A stretch of DNA of 64,000 nt from Perkinsela sp. CCAP 1560/9 (Eukaryota; Protista; Euglenozoa: Kinetoplastea), in contig CBFFSA010000001.1 of NCBI GenBank assembly GCA_965644495.1, positions 3,038,001 through 3,102,000 of the forward strand, read 5' to 3'. This document shows positions 21,537-37,835 of this stretch, piece by piece (within the stretch, counting starts at the first letter, position 1; every line of letters begins with the position of its first letter). The notes beneath the pieces were generated by a model, which saw only the letters and a program-made list of their open reading frames with translations, was not told the origin of the DNA and made no database searches. A program made the position numbers and the translations under genes.

Positions 21537-23536
21537 CTGTGACCCCCCCCTTTAATATGCACACGTTTTTGGGGTTTGTGCATATTAAGGGGGGGGGGGG
21601 TAAGAGGGGGAAGAACCAGCCCCTCCGGGAAAAAAATTGCGCCGCTTCGCGGCGCCTTTATTTCCTGTGCGTTTTTCGAACTTGATTGATTGATTGATTT
21701 TAAGGGCATGTATCCCATAGGGACGTACCCTCCCGGAGATAGCCGGGCACTAATTTTTTTATTATTCCAAAATACACTTATTATTCCAATTTTTTTAGTA
21801 TTCTGCCACCTGAAAGTTTTCTCAAATTATATTCCATGGATGCCTTTGTGCCTGGCTACATAGAGAATCTTTTGTATCTATCTTTAGAGAATGCACAAGA
21901 ACGGCGCGGCTACGGCCTAGGGATCGTAGAAGGCTCAAGCGATGACGATAGTGAAGTGAATTCTGTTTCTTCCGATGAAGAACATGGTAGCGATATAAAA
22001 AGTGTTAGCCTCGAAACCCCTGATGGGGTTCTACCACTGATGACGGCAGTGATAACGAGGAAGGTTTGGTTGATTGAAAGTACGCCGCGATGTTCCTTTC
22101 GTTGTGAAGCATAAAACTGTTTTCAAAACAGAAATGGCGAACTATGTCTCAAACGCACCACAAAGCTATGGCAACAGTACAACAATGGATGAGAAAAACC
22201 TTTGGTGAATTATACACTGTGCATTCTAAATCTCAACTAAAAAAGTGGGATGCAGAAATCAACCGGCAACTTTCCAGTAACCTAGGCGAGGAACGCCTGC
22301 TAAAGCTTAAGTTCTTGATGGTGGATGGCGCCACTGTCAACCATGTTGCCCGTGTGAATTGCGAAGGTTTCTTAAAATCCATTTACGATCGTATTGACCC
22401 GGTGGGAGAAGAGGACCTAGGAAACATACAGCGCGGAATAAATCAAAAGTACCGTGTGTCACTATTATCTTGTATAGGACACATGTTAAATAATGTCTGC
22501 AAAACGGCGTTTCAACCCTACGAATCGTCTCCAGCCTTTAATTTTAAAAGAAGCTTTCCGAAGGCTTTTTTTTCAGGGGGCAAGGCGAGTGCCACAAAGG
22601 GAAAATACAGAGGAATTGCTTTATCCCACTTGCTGGTACGATTCGATTCCAACGTAATGCGAGCTGAGGCACTTCTAAAGCAGTGCTACCTGGTTCTTGG
22701 AACAATTTCTCCGACAGCATGGAAAACCAATTTGGCGGAAAAGTTGTGCGAAAGCCTTTGTGTGCTCAAGCAAGTGATACTACAGGAAGTTAGTGAAGTG
22801 CAGGAGAAACTTTTAAACCTTGGGGAAAACGATTTCCAGGAAAAACATCGAATATTTTCAGAGTGTGGTCCAAAATTTTTGAACACCATGACCAGTGCTC
22901 GCATGTAGCATGGCGTCGTTACTCCGAAACTTGGAGGGGTTACTCGCTGGTGCTCCGACAAGTTTACGTCCATGGAATTTCTGGCAAACTATTTGCAAAC
23001 TATTCAGTTATTCATCGAAGAAGCGAAAAAAGGGCCACGAGATTCTAATTCCATTAAGCGGTGTCAAAAAATCTTGACTAAATACGGCTCACAATGCATT
23101 CAGAAGCAGTGTGAAATTTTTTTGAGCGAATGTAGTGAACTACATGCGGCACTCAAGGAATTTAGTGAAAGCGAAGATACTCCTATGGCCACACACATTT
23201 GCCAAATGTTGGAGCATCTATACGAAATTTCCGAAGGTACAGGAGCACCACAAGGATTACGATCATCCCTTTTGCACCACAAGAAAAGACTAGATAAGAA
23301 TCATAACATGCGTCTCTGGAAACAGGTAATATGGTTTCGACCAAGTTGGGTTGTCCTGTTCGGTCGGCCAATACGTCAACATGCTTTGTGATATTGGCGA
23401 ACTGAAATTTTGTCTGCGCAACCACCGTGAAAAAAAATTATTTTTTTGGGGGAGGAAAAAAAGTCCCCTTTCACCAAAATTTGTGCATATTAAGGGGGGG
23501 AGGGAAGGGGGTGCATATTAAAGGGGGGGGTCACAG
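21537..23536 (+). mobile_element. TIR DNA transposon with fragmented CxxH-type DDE transposase-like ORFs
   Basis: TIRs ctgtgaccccccc..ttaatatgcac, TA flanks; ORFs 21836-22114, 22144-22908 (FLMVDGATVN, SCIGHMLNN), 22972-23391. Confidence 0.6.
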
Positions 23537-23542
23537 TATATA

Positions 23543-24057
23543 TAAACCCCCCTCCCACTTAATATTTACACACACTTACTATTTACATGGCTTTTAATCT
23601 CTCAAATTTTGAAAAATATCACTGAAGCAAATTACAAAAACGCGATGAAAGCAGTTCCTACGACTCAAGCGGCGCACCCGAATACTCATCGGAAACTCTA
23701 TCCGATGAAGGCGTACAACCTTCATGTGAGCAGCCCAACCGGCCATTTGCAATGAGTCACAGCAGAGACATGAGAAAAGTAAGACTAGGAACGAATGACC
23801 CACGGCATCACATAAGGAAAGGCGTTCCATCATCAGTGAAAAAACGAGTTGTTGAAATGAGATTGAACAGCATGATAAAAGTGTCTCTTCTCACCTTCAA
23901 TCATGGATCGGTCAGAAAATTTTATAACACCTGCAGGAGCCCATGTAAATAATAAGTGGAATTTCCCCGTAATATTAACATGGACACTTATTATTCACAC
24001 ACTCTTATTATTTACCATTTTTTGCATGTAAATATTAAGTGGGAGGGGGGTTTACAG
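23543..24057. mobile_element. MITE
   Basis: TIR taaacccccctcccacttaatatttaca and its reverse complement. Confidence 0.7.
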
Positions 24058-25603
24058 TATATATACAGGTATACATATATAGGTATATACAGATGTATAC
24101 AGGGGGGTGCACGAAAATATGGGGGGGTCAAAATTCGTATAACTCGACCAATTTCGGAAAGCAGCACCGCATTCGAGAGCTCTCGCAGAGTTACGTGTCA
24201 TGTGATAATGCGTTTCCAGCATTTTTAGATTCTTTAAAAAATTAAAAAAAGTATGATTTTTCAAAGTTCAGAATTCTGCTGCTTTTTGAAAAAAATGCTT
24301 TTTTTCTGAATTTATCCACTTTTTTGATCCTAATACACTACTATGCCCCAGAAAAGGTCGTATTCGAATAATAGAAAGGTGCAGAAACGGAGTAGATTTT
24401 GTTATTCGCCTCGTGGGCAACTTAAAGCATCTCACAGGATACTTTTGGTTAAAAAATTTGAGGAAATTGATTCTTTTTCGGCTGTCGCCAAGACGTTTAG
24501 GTGACTTAAAACTTTTAGGAATCGATTTTGGAAGAGTAATGTTGCAGGGCCCGCGGAAACTTTTTAAAAGCGAAGAAAAGCTTTTTCAGATCGTTGAAAG
24601 CGCTTTAAAAGCGCTTTTCGAGCTTTTTTTAGCTTTCGAACTTTCGAGCACGTGTGTACACCTTTACCCTGAGGATGCACTTATGTAAATGAGCATGTAG
24701 TGTGTTCATCCGTGGAATGCCGACTGAAAATGTGCGCCAGACTTACACTTGAAACGTTGTCGTAGAAATTTGGCCTAAAGCAGTACTCCCCCACTCATTA
24801 ATAATTATAAACCTCCAAAACTTATTAAAAGGTTCGTTTATAGAAATTTAATGAGATCATAATTCTCAGCCTCACTTCTATAATTATAAACCTCAAATTC
24901 TTCATTTTTTATCTAGAAAGACACCTGTACCACATACTTTGCACTAAAAATTGTTTCCAAGTTTAAAGGAGTGTCTCGAAAATCAAGAATTTGAAGTCCG
25001 TAATAAGAAAAAATCACTTATCGAATCTCATTAATAATTATAAACTAAATTTATAATTATAAACTAAAAACGTTTATAGATTATAATTATTAATGGACAC
25101 TATGAAGATTTGGATGGCACTGGATGGCAGCGGATGGCACTGGATGGCACTGGATGACTAATTTTTGTGTATGTAATGGTTTACCCAAAACGAAAATTTG
25201 TGGGACGGTTTGCTCACATCTCAAGTGATGGTGAGGCAAGACTATATGCCAAGACTATATGTCAAGACTATATGCCAGACGATGCACGAGATACAAGTTG
25301 CAACCCAACAGCATGACCGGTCGTAGGGGATCAGTGATGCTAGAAGCCAAAACGCATGAAAGCTGCTCATCCAAGTATCATTGAAAATTAATAGTATAGT
25401 AATAAACCTAACCCCCAAATTACAAGTACGATACGACAATAAATAATGTAAATACAATTTGCAATAATAATTAATGAAATGAAAATGAAGTGGATTATTA
25501 GTTAAAGCACCCCTCTTCCCTCTGGTTCTCCCTCACACGTACTACAAATTAAAAGCATATAGTAAGTTTAATATAATTAAAAGCAAATAGTATTAAAAGC
25601 ATA

Positions 25604-26635
25604 CTGTGACCCCCCCCCTTTAATATGCTCCCCCTTCCCTCCCCCCCTTAATATGCATAAATTTTGGTGAAAGGGGACTTTTTTTCCTCCTAAAAAAAAT
25701 TGATTTTTTTTCACGGTGGTAGCGCAGACAAAATTTCTGTACTTTCCAAGCGAGTGATTAAGCATCATATTTTTGCTACTTACACGACTCCGCTCTATCA
25801 TTTTTCTTTGCACAGACTGTAAAATGTATGTCCTATCACTTTTTGTAGTTGGGAACCTTGGATGGCGTGATAATAGAAGCATGTACCGTACGATGTGAAT
25901 TAAGGAGTTCTTGTGCCGGTGACAATTACAAAGAAAAGTCCTCTGTAAGTAGGGGGGGACACATTAAATATTCTCGAAAGGGGTTGGGAAGTAGGCCTCG
26001 ATGACAAGGATGCATAGAAGTAGCCGCCATCGGTTGTGTGCCGTAGTCGATTGAATCTAAACGCGGCGTCCCTGTCTCGGAACGGTCTTCTGTCTCTAAG
26101 GAAAGAGCACTACGGGGCTTCTGAGACGATGTCCTCACTTCGACGTCTACGATTCCCTGATTCCCATCCGTAGGTGGGATTCGCTTAGGTGGAACAGGAC
26201 TGGTCGATGGGCATCTCTATTGCTTCCAACGGAGTTTTTGCTTCAAATTATTCTTGGAGAGTTGCCGGTTGATTTCTGCATCCCACTTTTTCAGTTGAGT
26301 TTTAGAATGCACTGTGTATAATTCACCAAAGGTTTCTCTCATTCATTGTTGTATTGTTGCCATAGCTTTGTGGTGCGTTTGAGACATAGTTCGCCATTTC
26401 GAAACAGCCTTATCCTTCACAACGAAAGGAACATCGCGACGTACGTTTCTCCGAGAACCTAAAACGACTCTAGAACGTTTGGCAACTTTTACTTTACGGG
26501 CCCCACTGCAATCAACCAAACCTTCCTCGTTATCACTGCTTTCATCAGTGGTAGAACTTTCCTCTGTTTCGCTTAATTCCCCATCAGGGGTTTCGAGGCT
26601 AACATTTTCTATATCACTACCATGTTCTTCATCAG
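25604..26635 (-). mobile_element. Inverted, deleted second copy of the 21537-23536 element
   Basis: Right TIR at 25604; 26235-26635 matches 21965-22280 in reverse. Confidence 0.75.
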
Positions 26636-26818
26636 AATGGTATTGGATGTTCTAATGGGTGTTCATAGGCACATTCTAAGGGGTGTTCTAGGCGCTTCCA
26701 GTGAACTTCCATGGAGTTCGGACTTGGTAATTTGAGGACAAATTACCGCCGCAAGTACCACTCCGGCTCGCGGGCTCCGCCCGAGTACGGGGACGCCGAT
26801 CTCTCCTAGGTCACTTCA

Positions 26819-26941
<123 letters not shown>

Positions 26942-26943
26942 CT

Positions 26944-26965
26944 GATACAGTTTCTGTACCTTGTT
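26944..26965 (+). other. Partial spliced-leader exon at the 5' end of a retrotransposon
   Basis: GATACAGTTTCTGTACCTTGTT, identical to the copy at 60649-60686 and containing the conserved kinetoplastid CAGTTTCTGTAC core. Confidence 0.8.
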
Positions 26966-27019
26966 TTTTTTTTTTTTGTACTACGTTGTACAGAATGTTA
27001 TGCGTCTGTAGCCCCTAAT

Positions 27020-30000
27020 ATGGCAAGCTCAGACGTTCCTGCACAAGCATCACGCGGGGAACGACATGTGAGGGTTAAAAGCACCACGTGTACAACATGG
27101 ACTACGTTCGCTAGCATTAAATCAGCCGCTGTCAGCCCACTTGTCAGACAGTTTTATCCGAATCCTGAGACCGGTCGCACCGCCCTCACTCACGCGCTTG
27201 ATAAAAGTAAACCTGCACGCGGACTCGTGGTCGAGTCAGCCGAACTATCTAGATATAGAATTCGACACCGAGGAACGAATGAAGAATGGAACTACTACTC
27301 AAGCATTGCAGATCTACATACCAAGCTGTTCTCTTCCACGTATTCGCGTGTCGACTCTCTCAGCCGCGCTCTCGCCAGCTACTTTAAGGGATCCCCTCCA
27401 AAGCATCTCCTTCCCTTTGACATTGAACCATTGCACGCAGAGCGCCAAGGAACTGCACCACCACGAATTGCCACGGAATGCAAGCACAGCTGCAAGAGCA
27501 AGGAAACGTGCTCCCACTTATGTTGTAAGCGGCACCTGGAATCATACGAAACTATCAACTCGGACGCGGAGCCCCAAACTGTGCCCAACAACACTACAAA
27601 CAACGAGTGTAAGCACCTCTGTGGCGACAAACGTACCTGTAAGCATGTATGCTGCAAACGGCACTTGACCTCTGAGCGACTAGAATTCCAAACTGCGGAT
27701 CCACCGGACCCAACCGAATCCTCGCAGCATCATGAAAATCAGCTTCCGCAAGCACCTATCGGCGGAGTCGAAGAATGCAAGCATATCTGCACGAACAAAC
27801 GATCATGCAAGCACTTGTGCTGCAAACGACACCTCACGACCACCTTCGCCGGCCCCGACGCTAGTTCTACAATGCTAACCACGGAAACCACCAACTCCCA
27901 CATTGAAATTAGTTCGACCCAAGTCCCTCCTCCCCTCAGCGAGCCGGAGCCCCCCTCAGACCCTACACCTATCACGTCTCCTCCAGTGGGAAACCCCCTC
28001 CCGACGGTAAGTACGGCCTACGGCACACTTCATTCAATCGGCAGTACTATCGGAACCTATATTGTACATGCCGCCCGCCAAGTGCTAGCTGGAAGTGCTA
28101 CCCCAGAACAGGAATCGCACCCCATCGGAGCCCATGTACACAACCCATGCAGCAACGTCAGGGAGGACAATATCGAGAAAGGACCACAACACCGCGCATC
28201 CGCCGGCCCGGTCTCGCCTCAAGCGGCCTCGCCCACAGAGTGTAAGCACATCTGCACGGACAAGCACACGTGCCGGCACCAATGCTGCAAACGACACCTG
28301 GGTATCGCTTCATCCGAACAGCAGCGTAACACTACTGAAACTCAGCCCACAGGTGACGCGCTCCCCGCACCGCTTTCCCCACCGCGCGGAAGCACTGCAG
28401 CACCCATACCTACCCTTCCTGATACGTCCCTACCTACCCTTCCCAGCCCACGACTCACAGAAGCCTCGGAACCAAGCGACGTGCAAGATGCAACCGCTCC
28501 CTGCAAGCACGACTGTCTAAATAGATTCTCATGCAGGCACCACTGCTGTAAACGAAACCTCCCCCATCCAACGTCCCGTGCTAGCCTCTTAGCAGCCGCA
28601 GCAGGGATTGCTGGTTGCCGCATGAATCTGAAGTTAAACTACAATGTGTGGGAAGTAGCCGATACACATGCCGAAGAGCTATTCCTTCGCTTTCGTATAC
28701 AAGACGTTCAAAGCAAATCTGAGGCCGAAGAAAATGTGACTCTACTCACAGCTTGCATCGTCGTAAGTTGCGCCCTTGCCGCCACGCGAGAACACGGGGA
28801 TCACGGAATTACACTTCGACAACGAGGTCCCCCGCAGTGCCTCCGTCGACGCCCTATTGCTGCCGAAAAGGCGCGTAGGTTGCTTGAAACCGAGGCGTAC
28901 CTCCTCCGCAAAAAAGCGAGGCACGCAACTTCGTCTGACCGTACCAGGCTTCTAAGGGAAGCGAAGAGCGCCCAATCAGCAGCAATCAACTTCTCGAAGG
29001 AAGCGGAAAGGGTACAAACCCGACGAGCGCAACAAGAAGCCAACCATCGTTTCGCGAGAAATGCCTGGGCGGCTGCCACCGAAGTGCTGGAGAGACCGAC
29101 GGGGGAAAGCACAGTGCACAAGTACCCGACATGCGCGGATACTGATGTCCTCGAGCATTACAAGCGCGAACTCAAAGCGTCACAATCGAAGGCAATGTTA
29201 CCAGACCGTTCGCACCTCCCTGGGAATTCTATGGCGGAACAACATTACTGGTCTGATATCACACCAGGCGATGTGACACGGGCTGCCATGAAAAAGAAAT
29301 CTTGTTCAGCCCCCGGGGAGGACGCCATTCAGAATACTGCACTAAAGAAACTCAAATCTCTTCACCCCCACATCGCACACTGCTTCAATAACCTCCTTCG
29401 ATGGAGAGTGTGTCCCACACAGTGGAAATCGGCCATCGTAAAATTACTCCACAAGGGTGGGGATGATAGCAATCCCAAAAACTGGCGCCCAATCGCCCTT
29501 ACGTCATGCCTAGGCAAGCTGTTCCATTCCATTATCGCCTCAAGCATCACCGAGCACGTAACGAAGGAATATATTCTGGACACCAGTGTCCAAAAGGGGT
29601 TCCTACCGAAGCTAGCAGGATGCATAGAACATACAGCTGCCATTAGCCAATGCGTTCGCCACGCTAAACAGAACAGAAAGCCCCTATGCATGGTTCAGTA
29701 CGACCTAACGAATGCCTTTGGATCGGTGCCACACGAGATTATCCTTGCTGCGCTCAAGTGGGCGAGGATAGACTCAGTCATTGTTGAATACGTCGAGCAA
29801 ATGTACCAAGGATCATCTCTTCGCTTGAAACTCGCAGGTGGTCTCTCTGAACCCATCCCGGCCCAAAGAGGAGTCCTACAGGGTGACACTCTCTCGCCAA
29901 TCCTGTTCAATATGGTCATGGAAGTTGTCTACCGCTACATCCGCAAAGCCCGTCCGACACTAGGATTCTCCACTGGACGTGACCTACACTTCTGCAAAGC

Positions 30001-31525
30001 GTTTGCAGACGACCTCACCTTTCTCACAGACAATGCACATCATGCACAGGAAGTGACCGAACTCCTTGAGACTGTCCTAGCGTGCTTGCATATGAAACCC
30101 AACACCCAAAAGTGCCGTGTATACAGCTTAGGGTTCAACGGGAAACGAAGCTTCACAACTCTTCGCCCCACAATCAAACTATGTGGAGAAGCGATTCCCC
30201 ATGTGGCAGATAAAGGCACAACGTTCCTAGGGATGACTATTGCCACCGGAAAGGATACCCCACGCATGGTGTTCTCCTTACTAAGAGACAGGATCCGAAG
30301 CATGATGAAGAGAATTGATGACAGCGACCATATAGGACACGCGCAGATATGGATGTATCAGAATGCAGTACTGGGCCGACTACGATACCTTCTGACGATA
30401 CACGATTGCCTTACATATAACCTTATTCGGAGACTCCAAAAGATATGTAGCAAATATTTACGAAAGTGGATAAACCTAGCGTCGTACGCACACCCCGACC
30501 AGCTATACATCCGGAACGGCGGCTGGGGTCTTACGTCCCTAGTAGGCTTATGGAAGGAGTGTACTGTCTCTTGCCTCACTATTTTAGCAGCTTCTACGGG
30601 CTCATCAGTACACCGTACACTTGAAGATCGTATGCAATGGGAAGCCAGCCTTCAACACTCCCAACGGAACCGCGCAGCAAACCTCGTCGTAAACCGATTA
30701 AACGACAGAAATGATGCGCTATCCTGGGTGAGACGGCACACGGACGAAGAGATGATAGCAGCATATCAACGTCGAGCACCTATTGCAGGTAGATGGTTCA
30801 ACAGCACTGACAACGAGGAATTAGCTGCGGACTATGCGAAAGCCTTACATAACTTAAACGGAAAGGAGATTTCACGCTTCACATCCATGGTGCTCACAGG
30901 ATACGCCCCTCCATCGCAGACTAATACGAGATCCTGGGGGAAATCAGATGGGTATGTAACTTGCCCTATTTGTTCCGAGCGCAAACAGACACTGCGCCAC
31001 ATACTCACCTCATGCACGACTTCGTTAGAACAAGGACGCTATAAATACCGGCATGACGCAGTTCTCAAAGTACTCTTTGACACTCTGAAAACCAGTGACA
31101 ACATCCAGTCGATGTACTTCGACCTCCCTGGTGTACAAAGCAGTGGCTGCCCCCCTTCCTGGCTCACGAACTACACTGTACTCCGACCTGACGGTTGGTT
31201 GGCTCTTAAGGATGGATCTGAATTCATCCTAGAACTCACATGCCCTTGGGAAGAAAATTTTGATCTCGCACAGGAGCGAAAGAGAGCGAAGTACGAAGAA
31301 CTCTTGAGATACCGTCAAACGACAAATCCCCGAACTACTCTACTAACATTTGAAGTCGGAGCGCGCGGCAAACTGAACAACAGTGTAATGGACCTCTCTT
31401 GGATTTTCGGACAAAAACAAACAAGACAAGTCCGAGAAATGCGGCAAAGAATGACTGAGACAGCTCTTCGAACGTCTTTTATGCTATACGTGATGCGCCA
31501 CTCTCCCACCTGGAGTCCCCAGTAG
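27020..31525 (+). CDS. Intact HERO-like RLE non-LTR retrotransposon ORF (~1500 aa)
   Basis: SAPGED, NWRPIALTS, QKGF, DLTNAFGSVPH, GVLQGDTLSP, FADD; CPIC..H...C, RHD, RPDG..LELTCPWE; five CxHxC-x5-CxHxCC repeats; CV-repeat N-terminus of the ORF call is an artefact. Confidence 0.92.
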   Translation: MASSDVPAQASRGERHVRVKSTTCTTWTTFASIKSAAVSPLVRQFYPNPETGRTALTHALDKSKPARGLVVESAELSRYRIRHRGTNEEWNYYSSIADLHTKLFSSTYSRVDSLSRALASYFKGSPPKHLLPFDIEPLHAERQGTAPPRIATECKHSCKSKETCSHLCCKRHLESYETINSDAEPQTVPNNTTNNECKHLCGDKRTCKHVCCKRHLTSERLEFQTADPPDPTESSQHHENQLPQAPIGGVEECKHICTNKRSCKHLCCKRHLTTTFAGPDASSTMLTTETTNSHIEISSTQVPPPLSEPEPPSDPTPITSPPVGNPLPTVSTAYGTLHSIGSTIGTYIVHAARQVLAGSATPEQESHPIGAHVHNPCSNVREDNIEKGPQHRASAGPVSPQAASPTECKHICTDKHTCRHQCCKRHLGIASSEQQRNTTETQPTGDALPAPLSPPRGSTAAPIPTLPDTSLPTLPSPRLTEASEPSDVQDATAPCKHDCLNRFSCRHHCCKRNLPHPTSRASLLAAAAGIAGCRMNLKLNYNVWEVADTHAEELFLRFRIQDVQSKSEAEENVTLLTACIVVSCALAATREHGDHGITLRQRGPPQCLRRRPIAAEKARRLLETEAYLLRKKARHATSSDRTRLLREAKSAQSAAINFSKEAERVQTRRAQQEANHRFARNAWAAATEVLERPTGESTVHKYPTCADTDVLEHYKRELKASQSKAMLPDRSHLPGNSMAEQHYWSDITPGDVTRAAMKKKSCSAPGEDAIQNTALKKLKSLHPHIAHCFNNLLRWRVCPTQWKSAIVKLLHKGGDDSNPKNWRPIALTSCLGKLFHSIIASSITEHVTKEYILDTSVQKGFLPKLAGCIEHTAAISQCVRHAKQNRKPLCMVQYDLTNAFGSVPHEIILAALKWARIDSVIVEYVEQMYQGSSLRLKLAGGLSEPIPAQRGVLQGDTLSPILFNMVMEVVYRYIRKARPTLGFSTGRDLHFCKAFADDLTFLTDNAHHAQEVTELLETVLACLHMKPNTQKCRVYSLGFNGKRSFTTLRPTIKLCGEAIPHVADKGTTFLGMTIATGKDTPRMVFSLLRDRIRSMMKRIDDSDHIGHAQIWMYQNAVLGRLRYLLTIHDCLTYNLIRRLQKICSKYLRKWINLASYAHPDQLYIRNGGWGLTSLVGLWKECTVSCLTILAASTGSSVHRTLEDRMQWEASLQHSQRNRAANLVVNRLNDRNDALSWVRRHTDEEMIAAYQRRAPIAGRWFNSTDNEELAADYAKALHNLNGKEISRFTSMVLTGYAPPSQTNTRSWGKSDGYVTCPICSERKQTLRHILTSCTTSLEQGRYKYRHDAVLKVLFDTLKTSDNIQSMYFDLPGVQSSGCPPSWLTNYTVLRPDGWLALKDGSEFILELTCPWEENFDLAQERKRAKYEELLRYRQTTNPRTTLLTFEVGARGKLNNSVMDLSWIFGQKQTRQVREMRQRMTETALRTSFMLYVMRHSPTWSPQ

Positions 31526-31623
31526 ATGCTATAGCAGGTAAAACGCGCCCAGCATTTTGACTTGATGATTGTCAGGATCAAGGTTGGGTGAAATCTCTAG
31601 TGATATATCACTATGATTAAATG

Positions 31624-31624
<1 letters not shown>

Positions 31625-31685
<61 letters not shown>
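31625..31685 (+). repeat. (GT)n microsatellite at the 3' end of the HERO-like copy
   Basis: Perfect run. Confidence 0.98.
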
Positions 31686-31688
<3 letters not shown>

Positions 31689-31716
31689 GATACAGTTTCT
31701 GTACCTTGTTGGTACA
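31685..31716 (+). other. SL exon nt ~12-38 followed by GTACA (possible SL intron start)
   Basis: TAAAGATACAGTTTCTGTACCTTGTTG|GTACA; TGTACC/GGTACA hairpin spans the putative donor. Confidence 0.75.
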
Positions 31717-32251
31717 TTTTCCCTTTAGTTCATCTTTTCTTTCCCCGGCAACGGGCATAGTCTTACTGTTATATGCCCGTTGCCGGCCGGCACTAAGGCC
31801 GAAACTGTCCCTCTTTCTCGGCGAAGTAGGGGACGCGCTTCCACCCCATCACCCCTCCCCGGCTCACTCCTTGAGTGGGTTTTCTTCCCTCCCCGGCTTT
31901 CTTCCCTTCGCGCCCTTTCCTTCCCGGGGAGCCATGCGCCATGGTGGCCTCCCTTGAGGACCACTGGGCGTGGCTCTGCCTCGTCTTATCGCGAGGCAGC
32001 GGTCGGTTGCAGTGCGCCCCTCCGGCTGCGTAAAGAGGTGGTGAGTTGCCTGGACCACCTCTACCGACTGGGACCGAGTCGGTTGCAGTGCGCCCCTCCG
32101 GCTGCGTAAAGAGAGGGCGAGTTGCCTGGACCCCCTCTACCGACAGAGTCCGAGCTAAACCCCCTTGGTGCGACATCCGTCAATACGGATTGTGCCGATG
32201 ATATCGGCTGTCGCATCAAGGGCTGTATCTCTGCGCCAACGAGCGCATGAA
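31717..32251 (+). mobile_element. Short structured non-autonomous element, copy 2
   Basis: Homologous to 10654-11197; CA flanks; internal ~76-bp duplication (tcggttgcagtgcgcccctccggctgcgtaaagag). Confidence 0.8.
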
Positions 32252-32258
32252 CATCAAA

Positions 32259-36164
<3,906 letters not shown>

Positions 36165-36176
36165 TATATATATATA

Positions 36177-37590
36177 CAGGGGTGTAAATTTGGATGTGGG
36201 GGGGTCTAAAATTCGTAAAACTTGGCCAATTGTGGAAAATAATAGCGCATTCGAGAACTCTCGAACAGGGCTCATGAACGCAACATGGCCGCGATAGGCA
36301 CAAGGGGGTATTGCCCCCTCGACAAAGGGCCCCCAAATGCGATTTGCAACTTTCTAAAGCACGGGAAAAAATAGAAAAAAAAATTAATAATTGCAGTTTC
36401 CGCCGTTCTTTTTAATCACAATACGGCATCGCTTACGAAAGCTCTTCATAGCGTTTTTAGAGGCTATAGAATGTGTCGTTTGAAGATCTTGAAACGCTGC
36501 TTCGATCGCAATGATCAAATCTGTACGATTTCTAGGGGCCAAACCATTTTTGAAATTGTCCATTATGGACCATAAATGTTCAACGGGCATGAGATCAGGT
36601 GATTTTGCTGGCCAAGGAAGAACAGTAATTCCTGTTTCTTGAAAACTTGTCCTGGCCAGATTGTGCACCGTACAGTTATCCATTGCAATAACGCTAGAAA
36701 GGTGCCGCTTAAGGTGAGAAATTAACCCTCCAAGCTTCTTCATGGCTTCATCAAATAGCCCCCGTCACTGTACCTCGGTTTCCTTGAGAACGAACAGAAG
36801 GAAAAACGTGAAGGTGAAACCCATGCTTAAGACTCGCTGCTATCCAAACCATAACACCATTCCCCCCATGCCATGCATCCAATTCACCTTGCTGCTCCTT
36901 GGGAGCGTCAGTTTTGCGGCAGAGGTACGTGATGTGCCCCCCACTCTTCCCACAGGTAATTTTTTTCATCCATCCAAATGATATTGGACAGTTCCGCGTC
37001 ACTCCACGTTAGCATTTCTTCACAGAAACGTACTCGCTTCTCTTTATGCACTGCGGTAAGTGCAGGGGATTTCCGGACTGTGCGCAAGACGATGCCATGT
37101 GATTTCATGTGGGTCGTCAAAGTTTGACGAGAGCAAGTGAACTCAAGATTTTTCATTAACCGGTGGAGCTCACTCCAGCTCCTGATGCCATAGGGTTGAT
37201 CTCGAACACCCTCGTCTATCGCTTTCAAAGCAGCCTCACGTAGTTCAGGTGTCACAGCGATGTTCGTTGGGGCGTGTTTCTGGTTCTTGGAGTCTACTTC
37301 TCCAGTATCACGATAGCGCTCCACCCAGCGCTTCACAGTAGCATCATGAACTTGGAAATTGCGCGCGGTTAGGGAAAAAGACTGCGTTGCTTCGTAATCG
37401 GCAACAAGAACCATGCGCCAGCTTGCTTTTATGTGCCCAGGCGAGGAATAAGCCCTTTCGGAGTGCTTATGTTCCGGAGGTCGTCCACAATCCCGTCGTT
37501 TTGGCATGAATAAGGGCAAAAAACAGAAAAATTGTGAAAATTGCAGGATTTCGTCTTCCAAAAAACTAAGTTTTTTTATGTGCATTCGAA
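36177..37590 (-). mobile_element. Tc1-like element with frameshifted DD32E transposase (36384-37507); one end missing
   Basis: TIR caggggtg..ggggtctaaaattcgt; WMDEK, MDNCTVH, WPAKSPDLMPVE. Confidence 0.85.
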
Positions 37591-37608
37591 AATCTAATTA
37601 ACACAAAG

Positions 37609-37833
37609 TCAGCCCCCCTCTTGGGAGCCGATATGGTGATTTGGTCATTTTTGGAAAAAAAAGTTGAAAAACCAATTATTTTTTTTGATTAATTTTTAAA
37701 ATTTTAAAATGAGCTAAAAACAGCGGGAACGTACAGATCTCAAAATTTTGAACGAAAATGTGGTATGATAACCCACCCACGCCCCCCTGTGCTAAAAATA
37801 AGGGGGGGTCACTTATTCGTGAGCGGGGGTTTA
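37609..37833 (-). mobile_element. Left-end fragment of the DD35E Tc1 family
   Basis: Inverted copy of 37836-38060. Confidence 0.75.
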
Positions 37834-37835
37834 TA

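Noticed and set aside
24790-25280. ttataattataa, ggatggcact and caagactatatg short repeats
   Set aside because: Probably decayed TE subterminal repeats; no boundaries or TSD found
31685-31800. Intact SL RNA gene
   Set aside because: First ~11 nt missing, and the downstream sequence belongs to a mobile element found elsewhere without SL; no clear Sm site
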